A stretch of 64,000 nt of DNA from Candidatus Eiseniibacteriota bacterium (GCA_963744995.1 CAVUWA010000011.1:256001-320000), one strand, 5' to 3'; counted from the stretch's first letter, positions 25,409 through 35,997 are shown. Numbers and translations: made by a program. The notes: generated by a model not told the origin, from the sequence alone.

Positions 25409-26050
25409 CTAGAACGGGAGATTCACGCCCGCCGCGAGGCCGACGTCGTCGTTGAAGGCATCGCCAATGTTCACTTGCAGTTCCGCCATGAAGCGAAACT
25501 CGGGCATCGTGCGCAGCTCGACCCCGCCGCGCAGCGGGAAGGAAAAGTCGCTGTCGTCCGCGTTTCCTACCGAGACGCGCGAGAACATCAGCCCCAGGCT
25601 TCCGTAAGGAACGACCGCGCCGTTGTCGCCCACCGGGAACAGCCGGCTCGCGACGACGTTCGGTCCCAGGTGCAGGACGTTGTAGTTGTCGCCGACTTCG
25701 ACCCCGAGATGGCCGCCCACCGCCACGTCCATGGGGCCCGCCTCGCCGGCCCTCGTCACCAGGCCCTTGAGGTCGCCGCCGAGCCGCAGCGTGGTGCGGT
25801 CCTTGGTGTCCGCATCGCTGCGTGCGAGCCCGCCCTGGAAGCCGAAGTCGATGCCGGGGTAGAAGCTCAGCCGCAGCTGGCTGAGAATGCCGACGACGTG
25901 GTCGCTCGCATTCAGGTAGACCCCGAACACGTGGCCGTTGACGGGGATCGGATCGGCGCCGCCGTACTGGCCGAACGATTGTGCCCGCGCCGCCGGCGCG
26001 GTTGCGAGCAGCGCCAGGACGGACACCAGAGTGGCGAGACGAAACTTCAA
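25409..26050 (-). CDS. Outer-membrane beta-barrel protein
   Basis: TTG start with GGAGG RBS, signal peptide (ARA-Q), C-terminal GLAAGVNLPF. Confidence 0.75.
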   Translation of the reverse strand: MKFRLATLVSVLALLATAPAARAQSFGQYGGADPIPVNGHVFGVYLNASDHVVGILSQLRLSFYPGIDFGFQGGLARSDADTKDRTTLRLGGDLKGLVTRAGEAGPMDVAVGGHLGVEVGDNYNVLHLGPNVVASRLFPVGDNGAVVPYGSLGLMFSRVSVGNADDSDFSFPLRGGVELRTMPEFRFMAELQVNIGDAFNDDVGLAAGVNLPF

Positions 26051-26349
26051 GCGAGACCTCCGTGTGCGAATCGTCGCGGGGAGCCCGGCCGGGCGACGTC
26101 CTCCTTGAACGGGCCCGGGTCGCTCGTGCAACGTCGCAAATCGGTCGAAATCGGGTCAAGAGGAATCTCCCGGCCGCGGCCCGCGGGCGTCGCACCGCGG
26201 CGGTGCCGCGGTCGTGACGGGCGGCCGCGCCGGTGCTGCGGTGCGGCCCGGCGCGGGGAGCGAATCCCCCTGCCCACCGCGCGCGGGCGGGGGGATCGGC
26301 CGCGCCGCACGCTTGCGGCCCGTGCGGGCGCGTGATAGCCCTGCCTGCC

Positions 26350-27243
26350 GTGAAGCTCATCTCCGATTTCGACGGCGTCTGGACGCTGCCCCACGACGAG
26401 GCGCGCGCGCAGGGCGAAGTGCTCGACGGAACGCTCGTCGGCTGGATGCCGCCCGCCGAGCGTGCCGCCGCGGCGGCCTGGATCCGCGCGGCCCGCGCCA
26501 CGGTCCGCGCGGCCCCCACGCAGTACGGCTGGGCGCCCGGGGGCCGCCTGAGCGCGTTCGGCGACGAAGATCCGTTCGCGGCCCACAGCGCGTTGCTGCA
26601 CTACCTGCACCTGCACGCCGCCGCCGAACCCATGGCGAAGGCGCTGGTGGAGGCGGTGCTCGCCCACGGCCACAAGAGCCTCGATGCCTTCGGCGGCTGG
26701 ACCCACGCCGAGGGCGTCCGCCGGGTCGCGGCGTCGCGCGGGCCCGGCATCCTGCCCGACGCCGCGGCCGCCGGGCACCGCATGCTCGCGGCGGGGCTCG
26801 AGGTCGCGGTCGTCTCGAACTCCGGCACCGACAAGCTGGCACGCTGGTTCGCCCACGCCGGGGTTCCCGCGCGCGTGCACCCCGATCACGCCGCCGGCGC
26901 GCTGCGCCTGCGCGGGTCGGCGCGCAAGTTCGTGCTGGATCCGGAGCAGGAGAACCCGCTCCATCTCGGCGGTCTCGCGATCGAGCTGGCGCGGCCGGCC
27001 TACGAGGACGTGCTGCGCGACGAGCGCCCGGACGCGGTCGTGGGGGACGTGTTCTCGCTGGACCTCGCGCTGCCGCTCGCGCTCAAGCGGCGCGAGAAGG
27101 AGTTCGCCGGGATGCGGATCTTCTGGCTGATCCGTGACTACACGCCCCGCTGGCTGGTGGATGCGATCGGGCCCGGACTCGGCGACGACGTCGAGCGCAT
27201 CGAAGGCGGCCTCACCGGCGTCGCCGATGCGCTGCTCGGCTGA
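26350..27243 (+). CDS. HAD-superfamily-like protein
   Basis: SDFDGVW motif I, VVSNS motif II, VVGDVFSLD motif IV. Confidence 0.75.
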   Translation: MKLISDFDGVWTLPHDEARAQGEVLDGTLVGWMPPAERAAAAAWIRAARATVRAAPTQYGWAPGGRLSAFGDEDPFAAHSALLHYLHLHAAAEPMAKALVEAVLAHGHKSLDAFGGWTHAEGVRRVAASRGPGILPDAAAAGHRMLAAGLEVAVVSNSGTDKLARWFAHAGVPARVHPDHAAGALRLRGSARKFVLDPEQENPLHLGGLAIELARPAYEDVLRDERPDAVVGDVFSLDLALPLALKRREKEFAGMRIFWLIRDYTPRWLVDAIGPGLGDDVERIEGGLTGVADALLG

Positions 27244-27249
27244 GGGGGC

Positions 27250-28125
27250 TCAGCGCAGGTCGTAGAACGCCGACGCCCACGCCGCGTGGTCGCGGAAGCC
27301 GAGGCGCCGGTAGAGCGCGACCGCCGGGGCATTGAAGTCGTTCACGAACAGGCAGGCGCTGCGGCTCTTCTCCATGAGCCGCGCGCAGAGTTCGCTCATG
27401 CCGCGCCGGGCGATGCCGCGGTTGCGGCGTTCGGGCGGCGTGTACACGCCGGCGATCTGCACCGCGTCGCCGGTGCGGGCGCTCATGCTGGCGCGGAAGC
27501 ACAGGCCTTCGCGGTCGATCCATACGAACGTGTAGCCGTCGCGACATTCCTCTTCGACGCGCCGCGCGTACGCGATCGCATCGCCCTGGCGCGGATCCTC
27601 TTCGAGCTCTTCGGCGCGCATCGCGGCGCCGCTCTCGAACACCACGCGATAGTCGGACGGCACCGAAGGGCGCAGCTCGGGCAGCCGCTCGAACGGCGGC
27701 AGCGCACCCCTCTCGAGCGACATGTAGAGCTGGTTGCGATGGATGCGCGGCGTCATGCCGGCCTGCTCGAGGTGCAGCCGGAACGCGTGCACGGCGGCGC
27801 GCGGGCCGATCACGTGGAAGCGCCGCGGCATGAACGGCATACGCTGCAGCGCGTGACGGGCGAGCGCATCGATGGCGGCCGGGTCGTCCACGTGCGGCAG
27901 CACGGCACCGGACTGCGCGCCCATGTGCACGACGCCGACGAGCTCGCCGTCGCGGCGCGCCGCCCAGACCTCGTCGCGCGGGCGCGCCAGGCCGTCGCGC
28001 AGCGTGAGCGCGATCAGGTAGACGTTCAGGACCGGGTCGCGGTCGAGGAAGCCGAACGCTTCGGTGAGGTTCTCCGGACCGAGCCGGTCGATGGACACGG
28101 AGCCGGTGTGGTGGTCGAGCGTCAT
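27250..28125 (-). CDS. GNAT acetyltransferase (DUF4081-type)
   Basis: QIAGVYTPPERRNRGIA, LFVNDFNAPAVALYRRLGF. Confidence 0.9.
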   Translation of the reverse strand: MTLDHHTGSVSIDRLGPENLTEAFGFLDRDPVLNVYLIALTLRDGLARPRDEVWAARRDGELVGVVHMGAQSGAVLPHVDDPAAIDALARHALQRMPFMPRRFHVIGPRAAVHAFRLHLEQAGMTPRIHRNQLYMSLERGALPPFERLPELRPSVPSDYRVVFESGAAMRAEELEEDPRQGDAIAYARRVEEECRDGYTFVWIDREGLCFRASMSARTGDAVQIAGVYTPPERRNRGIARRGMSELCARLMEKSRSACLFVNDFNAPAVALYRRLGFRDHAAWASAFYDLR

Positions 28126-28171
28126 GCGCGGCGGATCTCCGAGGGGCCGGGGGACGTCCTTGCCGGAAAGC

Positions 28172-28915
28172 CTACACGATCTTCTCGAAGATCGAGTCGA
28201 CGAGCCGGTCGACTTCCGGGTCGCGCTTGTTGCGCGGGCGGGGCAGCGGGACGGTCATGTCGGCCGCGATCTGCCCGGGATGCTGCGAGAGGACCACCAC
28301 TCGATCGGCCATCAGCACCGCCTCCTCGAGGATGTGCGTCACCATCAGCACCGTGTGAACGGGCAGCGCATGGTCGGCCCACAGCGTGATCACTTCCTCG
28401 CGCAGGTTGGCCGAGGTCAGTGCGTCCAGCCCGGCGAACGGCTCGTCCATGAACAGCAGGTCCGGCTCCACGGCGAGCGCGCGCGCGATGCCGGCGCGCT
28501 GCTTCATCCCGCCCGAGAGCTCGCCCGGGTAGGCCTCCTCGAAGCCGTCGAGGCCGACCTTGTCGAGGTAGAACGCCGCGCGGCGCCGCGTGTCCTCGTC
28601 CGACACGTTGCGGGCGCGCAGGCCGAGCTCGACGTTCGCCTGCACCGTGAGCCACGGCAGCAGCGCGAACGACTGAAACACCATCGCCGCCCGCAGATTC
28701 ACGCCTCGCACCGGACGGCCGTGGTAGAGAACCTCGCCCGAGGAAGGCCGGATCAGGCCCATCATCAGGCGCAGGAGCGTGGACTTGCCCGAGCCCGACG
28801 GCCCGACCACGCACACGAACTGACGCTCCGGAACGTGCAGGTTGATGTCCTGCAGCACCGGGATCGCGCGATCGCGGTCGTGGAAGCTCTTGAAGACGTG
28901 ACGCAGCTCGAGCAA
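28172..28915 (-). CDS. NitT/TauT-family ABC ATP-binding protein
   Basis: GPSGSGKST, FQSFALLPWL, LSGGMKQR, MDEPF. Confidence 0.93.
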   Translation of the reverse strand: MLELRHVFKSFHDRDRAIPVLQDINLHVPERQFVCVVGPSGSGKSTLLRLMMGLIRPSSGEVLYHGRPVRGVNLRAAMVFQSFALLPWLTVQANVELGLRARNVSDEDTRRRAAFYLDKVGLDGFEEAYPGELSGGMKQRAGIARALAVEPDLLFMDEPFAGLDALTSANLREEVITLWADHALPVHTVLMVTHILEEAVLMADRVVVLSQHPGQIAADMTVPLPRPRNKRDPEVDRLVDSIFEKIV

Positions 28916-28918
28916 ACG

Positions 28919-30613
28919 TCAGCCCTCCAGCTGGAAGCGCTCCTGGACGTACCGGTACAACCGGGCCCAGACGATGCGATTGAATGAAACCACGGTGATC
29001 ACGATCAGCGCCAGCGACAGGAACAGCATCGTCCGCTCGCCGCTGTCGAACACCGCGTGGTTGAGTTCGGAGCCGATGCCCGAGACCTGATAGACGCGAT
29101 CCCTGTAGACCACGTACTCGGACAGGATCAGGGCGTTCCACGTGCCGCCCCAGGCGACGACGCTGCCGGTAACGAGCGACGGCATGCATGCCGGCAGCAC
29201 CAGGCGCCGGTGGATTTCACGGCGGCTGAGCCCGAGCGAGCGCATGGATTCCTTGAGATCGCCCGGCACGCGCTGCACCCCGGCGAGCACGTTGAACAGC
29301 AGGTACCACTGCATGCCGGTGAGCGCGAGCACGATGGACACCAGCTCCATGCCGCCGAAGTGGCCGACCAGCATCGCGACCAGCACCGGGAAGAACGCAG
29401 TCGCCGGGATCGACGCACCGACCTGTGCGACGATCGACAGCCAGCGCATGCCGCGCGGATGATCGCTGGCCCACAACGCGGCGGGGATCACCCAGGCCAG
29501 CGCCAGCACGTACGCCGCGTTGATGCGCAGGAACGACAGCAGCAGCTTGAACGGCAGCGTTGCCGCCGCGGCCGGCCACGGCGGTGCCAGCGCGTCCGCG
29601 ACGCCCACGCCCGCGAACACGATGGCCGCGACGAGCACCGCCCACACCGGCCAGCGCACGAAACGCCACGCTTGCGCCACGCCCGCCCCGAGCGTCCCGA
29701 TGGCGCGGTTCGCGGGTTCGAGGGGCAGCCGCCGCCACAACGCGCGCACCGCGGCGCGCAGCGGGCGGATGAGGAGCGGCAGGCCGAACTCGGGGAGGAA
29801 GCGGGCGGCGTCTTCCTCATCCTCGCCGGACGTGTCGTAGCGGAAGCGGCGCGACCAGGCGCGCAGCGGACGCCACAGCACGACCTCCATCGCGAGCACG
29901 ACGCCGATCAGGGTCGCCAGCGCCGCGATCGCCACGTTCAGGTGCCCGTCGGCGAGCGAGCGGGCCAGCATGCTGCCGAGCCCGGGAAGGTCGTACTGGA
30001 CCGGGCCGGCGACGATGATTTCGCAGGCGATCAGGAAGTACCAGCCGTTCGCCCACGACAGAATGCTGTTGTAGACCAGCGACGGAATGCACGCGGGTAC
30101 GTACAGCGTGCGCCACAGCAGCACGCCGCGCACGTTCAGGCTCTCCGCCGCCGCGCGCGTCTCCTGCGGAATCGTGGTGAGCCCCTCGTAGACCGCGAAG
30201 GCCAGGTTCCAGACCTGGCTCGTGAAGATCAGGAACATCGCCGCGAGCTCGAGGGAGAAGCGCCCGCCGCCGAGCAGGGTCACGAACAGGTAGATGGCGG
30301 CCGGGAAGAAGCCGAGCACCGGCACCGACTGGCCGACGTCGAGGAGCGGCAGCAGCACGCGGGCCACGCGCGGGCTGCCCGCCGCCCACGCCCCGAAGAT
30401 CCAGGCGAACACCAGCGAGGCCGCGTACGCCCCCGCCATGCGCAGCAGCGACCAGCCCGCCGCCGCCGGCAGGTCGTGCATCTCGGGCGCCGGCCGCACG
30501 ACGCTGGCCAGCTCCGCGACCCGTCCCGGCCCGAACAGCACCGCGCCGAGCCCGAGCAGCGCCGCGACCACCGCAACCGGCAGCCAACGCGATGGCGAGC
30601 GGATCCACTCCAT
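28919..30613 (-). CDS. NitT/TauT-family ABC permease with two fused TM domains
   Basis: DVGQSVPVLGFF, FTSQVWNLAF, NSILSWANGWYF, GMQWYLLFNV, GGTWNA. Confidence 0.9.
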   Translation of the reverse strand: MEWIRSPSRWLPVAVVAALLGLGAVLFGPGRVAELASVVRPAPEMHDLPAAAGWSLLRMAGAYAASLVFAWIFGAWAAGSPRVARVLLPLLDVGQSVPVLGFFPAAIYLFVTLLGGGRFSLELAAMFLIFTSQVWNLAFAVYEGLTTIPQETRAAAESLNVRGVLLWRTLYVPACIPSLVYNSILSWANGWYFLIACEIIVAGPVQYDLPGLGSMLARSLADGHLNVAIAALATLIGVVLAMEVVLWRPLRAWSRRFRYDTSGEDEEDAARFLPEFGLPLLIRPLRAAVRALWRRLPLEPANRAIGTLGAGVAQAWRFVRWPVWAVLVAAIVFAGVGVADALAPPWPAAAATLPFKLLLSFLRINAAYVLALAWVIPAALWASDHPRGMRWLSIVAQVGASIPATAFFPVLVAMLVGHFGGMELVSIVLALTGMQWYLLFNVLAGVQRVPGDLKESMRSLGLSRREIHRRLVLPACMPSLVTGSVVAWGGTWNALILSEYVVYRDRVYQVSGIGSELNHAVFDSGERTMLFLSLALIVITVVSFNRIVWARLYRYVQERFQLEG

Positions 30614-30833
30614 ATGCGGGTTCCCAGGTCTGACGCGCCATGCGGGCGCGGGCGGACATCCAGTGGCCGCCGGGTCGCCCGTGCGCGCCCACGCGGCCCC
30701 GACACGCTTGCGTAAGAGCGCGAATCTATCTTGCGCAGGGGCGCGGGCCAAACGGAATGCGGCCATCGCGGCCGCGCCGGGAGGCTCTGGCGGTGCGCGC
30801 GCGCTGCGGATAGCATGCGCGGCGGGAGGTCCC

Positions 30834-31520
30834 ATGCCGGAACTGGTGATGGTGATCGAGGACGAGAAGGAGATCCGCGACCTGCTGCGCTACAACCTCG
30901 AGCGTGCCGGGTACCGGGTCAGCGCGCTCGCGGACGGGGAGGAGGGTCTCGAGCGCCTGTTCGCGTCGCGCCCCGACGCGCTCGTGCTCGACCTCATGCT
31001 GCCGGGCCGCAACGGACTCGAGATCCTGCGCGAGGTGCGCGCCGAAGCGATGACGCGCGATCTGCCGGTCGTCGTGCTCACCGCGCGCGGCGCGGAGATG
31101 GACAAGCTGCTCGGCTTCGAGCACGGCGCGGACGACTACATGACCAAGCCGTTCAGCCCGCGCGAGCTGGTCGCGCGCGTGCACGCGCTGCTGCGCCGCG
31201 CGCGTCCGGCGCAGGCCGGGTCGGCGACCGAGTTCGGCGCGCTGCACGTCGACACCGCCGCGCACGAGGTTTCCTATGCGGGCGTGAAGCTCTCCCTCAC
31301 GCCGCGCGAGTTCGACCTGATCGCCTTCTTCGTGCATCACCCGGGGCGGGTGCTGTCGCGCGAGGAGCTGCTGCGCAAGGTGTGGGGCTACGACTACCTC
31401 GGCGAGACGCGCACGGTGGACGTGCACGTGCGGCGCCTGCGCGTGAAGCTCGGCGCGGGCAGCCGGCTGATCGAGACCGTGACGGGCGCGGGCTACAAGC
31501 TGGTCCAGCCGCCGGGCTGA
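30834..31520 (+). CDS. phoB: OmpR-family response regulator, PhoB-like
   Basis: VIEDE, LDLMLPG, GADDYMTKPF, RTVDVHVRRLR; near the pst operon. Confidence 0.88.
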   Translation: MPELVMVIEDEKEIRDLLRYNLERAGYRVSALADGEEGLERLFASRPDALVLDLMLPGRNGLEILREVRAEAMTRDLPVVVLTARGAEMDKLLGFEHGADDYMTKPFSPRELVARVHALLRRARPAQAGSATEFGALHVDTAAHEVSYAGVKLSLTPREFDLIAFFVHHPGRVLSREELLRKVWGYDYLGETRTVDVHVRRLRVKLGAGSRLIETVTGAGYKLVQPPG

Positions 31521-31522
31521 CC

Positions 31523-33292
31523 ATGGCCTGGTCGCTGCGGGGGCGGCTGTTCGCCGGCTACGCCGGCATCGCGCTGACGGCGAGCGTGCTGTTCGTGATG
31601 CTGGTGGTGCCGGCGCAGCGGCGCTGGCTGATCGAACACAACGCGGCGTCGCTCGAGCGGGTCGCGAGCCTCGCGGAGCGGAATGTCGAGCTGAGCGTCG
31701 GCGGGGATCCGCACCGGCTCTTCGGGCCCGCCCTCGCCGAGTCGCTGGGCGCGGCGATCGGCCTGCGGGTGACGCTCATGGCGCCGGACGGCCGCGTGAT
31801 CGGCGACTCCGACGTCGCACCCCGCCGCCTGGTCGAGATCGAGAACCACGCGGGCCGCCCGGAGATGCGCGCCGCGCTCGGCGGCGCGGCCGGCCACGCG
31901 GTGCGGAAGAGCGTCACGACCGGCGTCGAACAGCTGTACGTGGCGGTGCCGTCGCGCGTGCCGGGCGTCGCGGTGCTGCGGATCTCGCAGCCGCTCGCCT
32001 CGATCGGCGAGTTGAGCGCGTCGCTGCTGCGGCTCTCGGCGGGCACGATCGCGTTGTCGTTCCTGATCGTCCTGTTCGGCGTGTCGTGGCTGTCGTCGCG
32101 CCAGGCGCGCCGCGTCGACGGTCTGCGCGGCGTGGCCGAGCGGGTCGGTGCGGGCGAGCTGCATGCGCGCGCGCTGGAGCTGCCCGCCGACGAGATCGGC
32201 CGCCTCGGTCGCGCGATCAACGCCATGGCGGCGGAGCTGCAGAGCCGTCTCGGCGCGCTGCAGCGCGAGCGCGACGAGCGCGAGCGGATCCTCGCCCACA
32301 TGAGCGACGGCGTGGCGCTGATCGACGCCGACGGCCGCTTCCGGCACGCCAACCAGCGCTTCGCCGCCCTGCTCGACGCGGCGCTGCCCGCACGGGTGGG
32401 CATGGCGTTCCAGGAATACGCGCGGGTGCCGGAGCTGCGCGACCTGATCCAGGCGGCGCGCCGCGCGGGCCAGACGATCGAGATCGAGACGCGGCTGTGG
32501 TCGCCGGCCCGCCGCGTGCTGCGCGCGACGGCCACGCCGATCGGCGACCCGGCCGAGGATCCGGTGCTGCTGGTGCTGCACGACCTCACCGACGTCGAGC
32601 GGCTGCACCGCATCCGCCAGGACTTCGTCGCCAACGTCTCCCACGAGCTGCGCACGCCGCTCACCTCGCTGCGCGGCTACGCCGAGACCCTGCTCGACGG
32701 GGGGCTCGACGACGTCGAGCATCGCGAAGGCTTCGTGCGCACGATCCGCGACCAGGCCGCACGGCTCTCGGCGCTGGTCGAGGATCTGCTCGCGCTCGCG
32801 GAGCTCGAGCGCCACGGTGCGGGCCTGCGCATCGAATCCTTCGATCTGCGCGCGCTGGTCGAACAGCAGGTGGCCGCCTTCCGCCCGGGCGCCGAAGGGG
32901 CCGGGCTCGCCCTCGCCCTCGAGGCCGGCGCGCCGGTGCCGGTGGCGGCGGACCGCGTGCGTATCGAGCAGGCCGTCGCCAACCTGCTCGACAACGCCAC
33001 CAAGTACACCGAGCACGGCGAGGTCCGGGTCGCCGTCGGCGCGGCGGACGGGACCGTGTGGTGCGAGGTGCGCGACACCGGGCCCGGCATTCCGGCCGAT
33101 GACCTGCCGCGCGTCTTCGAGCGGTTCTACCGCGTCGACAAGGCGCGCTCGCGTGAAAAGGGCGGCACCGGCCTCGGTCTGTCGATCGTGAAGCACGTGG
33201 TCACGCTGCACGACGGTCAGGTGTCGGTCGAGAGCGAACCCGGCGCGGGCAGCACGTTCCGCTTCGAGATCCCCGCGGTGCGCGGGCCGTAG
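31523..33292 (+). CDS. phoR: Sensor histidine kinase PhoR (HAMP+PAS)
   Basis: ENHAGRPE, DFVANVSHELRTPLT, FERFYRVDKARSR, GGTGLGL. Confidence 0.92.
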   Translation: MAWSLRGRLFAGYAGIALTASVLFVMLVVPAQRRWLIEHNAASLERVASLAERNVELSVGGDPHRLFGPALAESLGAAIGLRVTLMAPDGRVIGDSDVAPRRLVEIENHAGRPEMRAALGGAAGHAVRKSVTTGVEQLYVAVPSRVPGVAVLRISQPLASIGELSASLLRLSAGTIALSFLIVLFGVSWLSSRQARRVDGLRGVAERVGAGELHARALELPADEIGRLGRAINAMAAELQSRLGALQRERDERERILAHMSDGVALIDADGRFRHANQRFAALLDAALPARVGMAFQEYARVPELRDLIQAARRAGQTIEIETRLWSPARRVLRATATPIGDPAEDPVLLVLHDLTDVERLHRIRQDFVANVSHELRTPLTSLRGYAETLLDGGLDDVEHREGFVRTIRDQAARLSALVEDLLALAELERHGAGLRIESFDLRALVEQQVAAFRPGAEGAGLALALEAGAPVPVAADRVRIEQAVANLLDNATKYTEHGEVRVAVGAADGTVWCEVRDTGPGIPADDLPRVFERFYRVDKARSREKGGTGLGLSIVKHVVTLHDGQVSVESEPGAGSTFRFEIPAVRGP

Positions 33293-33313
33293 CGAGGGGC
33301 CGGGGAACGGAGT

Positions 33314-35203
33314 CTAGAGCTGGATCTGCGCGCCCAGCTCCACGACCCGGTTCGGGGGCAGGTCGAAATAGGCCGCGGCCGAACGTGCGTTCTGCGACAT
33401 GAGAATGAACAGGCGCTTGCGCCAGCGCTGCATGGGGGCAGTGCCGGACGGCAGCAGCGTCTCGCGCCCGAGGTAGAAGGAAGTCTCCGCAGGCCGGATC
33501 TCGATGCCCAGCTCCCCGAGGCGTCTGAACACCCGCATCAGGCTCGGCGATTCCATGAAGCCGAACCACGCGGTGACCTGGTAGACGCCTTCGCCGAAAT
33601 CCTTGAACTCCACCTGGCGATCCGGATGGACGTACGGAACCTCGCTCGCGATGAACGACATGACGAACACCCGCTCGTGCAGAACCTTGTTGTGCTTCAT
33701 GTGGTGCAGCAGCACCGGCGGCGCGCCGGCGGGGTCCGAGGTCAGGAACACGGCCGTGCCCGGCACGCGCTGCAGGAAGCGGCGGTCGAGCCCGGCGGTG
33801 AACAGATCGAGCGGCAGCGCGACCTCGCGCAGGTGATCGGTGAGGATTTCGCGGCCGCGCTTCCATGTGGTCATGAGCGTGAACACCACCAGCGCCACCG
33901 CCAGCGGCACCCAGCCGCCGTGGACGATCTTCGGCAGGTTGGCGCCCATGAACGCGAAGTCCACGGCGAGCAGCGGCAGGCCGAGCAGCGACACCTTCCA
34001 CAGCGGCCAGTCGCGGCGATCCATGAGCACCCGGCAGTAGAGCAGCGTGGTGATCACGAACGTGCCGGTGACCGCAATCCCGTAGGCGCCGGCGATGCTG
34101 GCGGTGGACGGAAAGCCGATCACCAGGATCGCGCAGCCGGCCATCAGCGCCCAGTTGACCTCGGGCATGTAGATCTGGCCGGCCTCGGCGAACGACGTGT
34201 GGCGGATCGTCAGACGCGGCAGGTAGCCGAGTTGCACCGCCTGCCGGGTGAGCGAGTACGCGCCGGTGATGAGCGCCTGCGATGCGGTGATCGCCGCGGC
34301 GGTCGCGACCGCGAGCATCGGGTAGCGCGCCCAGCCGGGCACCAGGTTGAAGAATGGATTCGCCACCGCCGCCGGATCGCCGAGCAGCAGCGCGCCCTGG
34401 CCGAAGTAGTTGAGCAGCAGCGCGGGCAGCACCACCGCGAACCACATCAGCCGGATCGGCTTCTTGCCGAAGTGCCCCATGTCGGCGTACAGCGCCTCGC
34501 CGCCGGTGACCACCAGCACGACCGCGCCGAGGACCAGGAAGCCCATCTCGCCGTTGTGGACGAGGAAGGTCACCGCATGGAGCGGATTCACCGCGGCCAG
34601 CACGCGCGGCGCCTGCACGATGCCGTGGACGCCGGCCGCCGCGATGCACAGGAACCACAGCGCCGTCAGCGGTCCCCACAGCCGTCCGACGCCGGCGGTG
34701 CCGCGGCGCTGGATCGAGAACAGGCCGATGAGGATCCCGAGCGCGAGCCACGGCACCCATGGCGAGAGGCCGGGCGAGACGACCGTGAGCCCCTCCATGG
34801 CGCCGAGCGTCGAGATCACCGGCGTGATCAGGCCGTCGCCGTAGAGCAGCGCGGTGCCGAACACGCCGAGCAGGATCAACAGGTAGCGCCCGCCCTTGAC
34901 CGGCCCCTCGGCGCGGCGGATCAGCGCGAGCAGCGCGACGACGCCGCCCTCCCCGCGGTTGTTCGCGCGCATCAGCAGGCCCAGGTACTTGAGCGAGATG
35001 ACCAGGTTCAGCGACCAGAAGATCAGCGACAGCACGCCGAGCACGTTCTCCGGCGTGGGGGGGACGCCGAACAGATCGCTGAAGCACTCCTTGATCGCAT
35101 AGAGCGGGCTGGTGCCGATGTCGCCGTACACCACCCCGAGCGCACCCAGCGAGAGGATCGCCAGGGCGCGGCCCCGGGGTTCGGCAGCGGAGGTCTCGCT
35201 CAT
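33314..35203 (-). CDS. kup: Potassium uptake protein Kup
   Basis: GVVYGDIGTSPLY, GEALYADMGHFG, GQIYMP, RVVELGAQIQL. Confidence 0.98.
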   Translation of the reverse strand: MSETSAAEPRGRALAILSLGALGVVYGDIGTSPLYAIKECFSDLFGVPPTPENVLGVLSLIFWSLNLVISLKYLGLLMRANNRGEGGVVALLALIRRAEGPVKGGRYLLILLGVFGTALLYGDGLITPVISTLGAMEGLTVVSPGLSPWVPWLALGILIGLFSIQRRGTAGVGRLWGPLTALWFLCIAAAGVHGIVQAPRVLAAVNPLHAVTFLVHNGEMGFLVLGAVVLVVTGGEALYADMGHFGKKPIRLMWFAVVLPALLLNYFGQGALLLGDPAAVANPFFNLVPGWARYPMLAVATAAAITASQALITGAYSLTRQAVQLGYLPRLTIRHTSFAEAGQIYMPEVNWALMAGCAILVIGFPSTASIAGAYGIAVTGTFVITTLLYCRVLMDRRDWPLWKVSLLGLPLLAVDFAFMGANLPKIVHGGWVPLAVALVVFTLMTTWKRGREILTDHLREVALPLDLFTAGLDRRFLQRVPGTAVFLTSDPAGAPPVLLHHMKHNKVLHERVFVMSFIASEVPYVHPDRQVEFKDFGEGVYQVTAWFGFMESPSLMRVFRRLGELGIEIRPAETSFYLGRETLLPSGTAPMQRWRKRLFILMSQNARSAAAYFDLPPNRVVELGAQIQL

Positions 35204-35521
35204 TTCGGGGTTGGACTCACGCCGCCTTCGCCTCGCACCGCATCGACCCCCGATCGCCGCGTGGCCTCATGTCCCTCAGGCGCGCTCCGTACGAACGGCG
35301 GCCGCCCGGCGCGGGTGCTTCCCGCGCGGCCGGCCGCTGCCGCAGCAATCTACCACGTCCCACCCGGCGCCCGGCCGGGCCGGCGGCGCGCCCCGGTCCC
35401 GTCATCGGTTTCGTCACATGGCCGAAACGGGTCCGCTTTCGGCAACTCCCCGGCCTTGGGCGCGATCTCCCGCCCGCCGGGAGCCCCGGGCTGCGGGGCG
35501 CTTTGCCGAATTTCTCGCCCC

Positions 35522-35549
35522 TTCATGCCGTCGTCATCGGTTCGTAACA
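35522..35549 (+). promoter_or_regulatory. Pho-box-like direct repeats
   Basis: TTCAT (35522), GTCAT (35533), GTAAC (35544) at exact 11-bp period; near copy CGTCATCGGTTTCGTCACA at 35400-35418. Confidence 0.65.
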
Positions 35550-35613
35550 CGTTTCGCGGTCTTCTCCCGTCCGACGCGCGGGGACCCGCACAGCGACAAA
35601 AGTGAGAACGACC

Positions 35614-35997
35614 ATGACCGTCTCCTCGGACAAGCCGGGGCTGCTGGCCCCGCCGGGACACGAAGAGATTGAGAAATCCGCGGCGCGCGGAACGCCGGCG
35701 TCCTGCGCCGGGCACGAGACGCGGGAGAAGCGTCGCCGCGGCCGCCCGCTGCTGATGCCGAAGGCGGTGGTTCTCGAAGAGATCCGCCAGCTCGCGCGGC
35801 GCGAGGAGGGGATCTTTCGGGCCCACCTCACGCACGGCAGGCTCTACGCCCGTGCACGGCGCATGTTCGGTTCGTGGGCGGCGGCGCTCGAAACCGCCGG
35901 CGTGGATTACGCGCACACGCTGGAACGGGCGCGCCGCCGCGGGCTGCGTTCGAGAAGGAACCGCGCGGCGAAACGGAAGGAAGCGCAACAGACGTGA
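35614..35997 (+). CDS. Small basic protein with a homing-endonuclease-associated-repeat-like motif (start uncertain, 35602 or 35614)
   Basis: LEEIRQLAR...LYARARRMFGSWAAALETAGVDY. Confidence 0.6.
   Translation: MTVSSDKPGLLAPPGHEEIEKSAARGTPASCAGHETREKRRRGRPLLMPKAVVLEEIRQLARREEGIFRAHLTHGRLYARARRMFGSWAAALETAGVDYAHTLERARRRGLRSRRNRAAKRKEAQQT

Noticed and set aside
35614..35997. Homing endonuclease or mobile element
   Set aside because: No HNH or other catalytic motif, and no flanking intron or IS features
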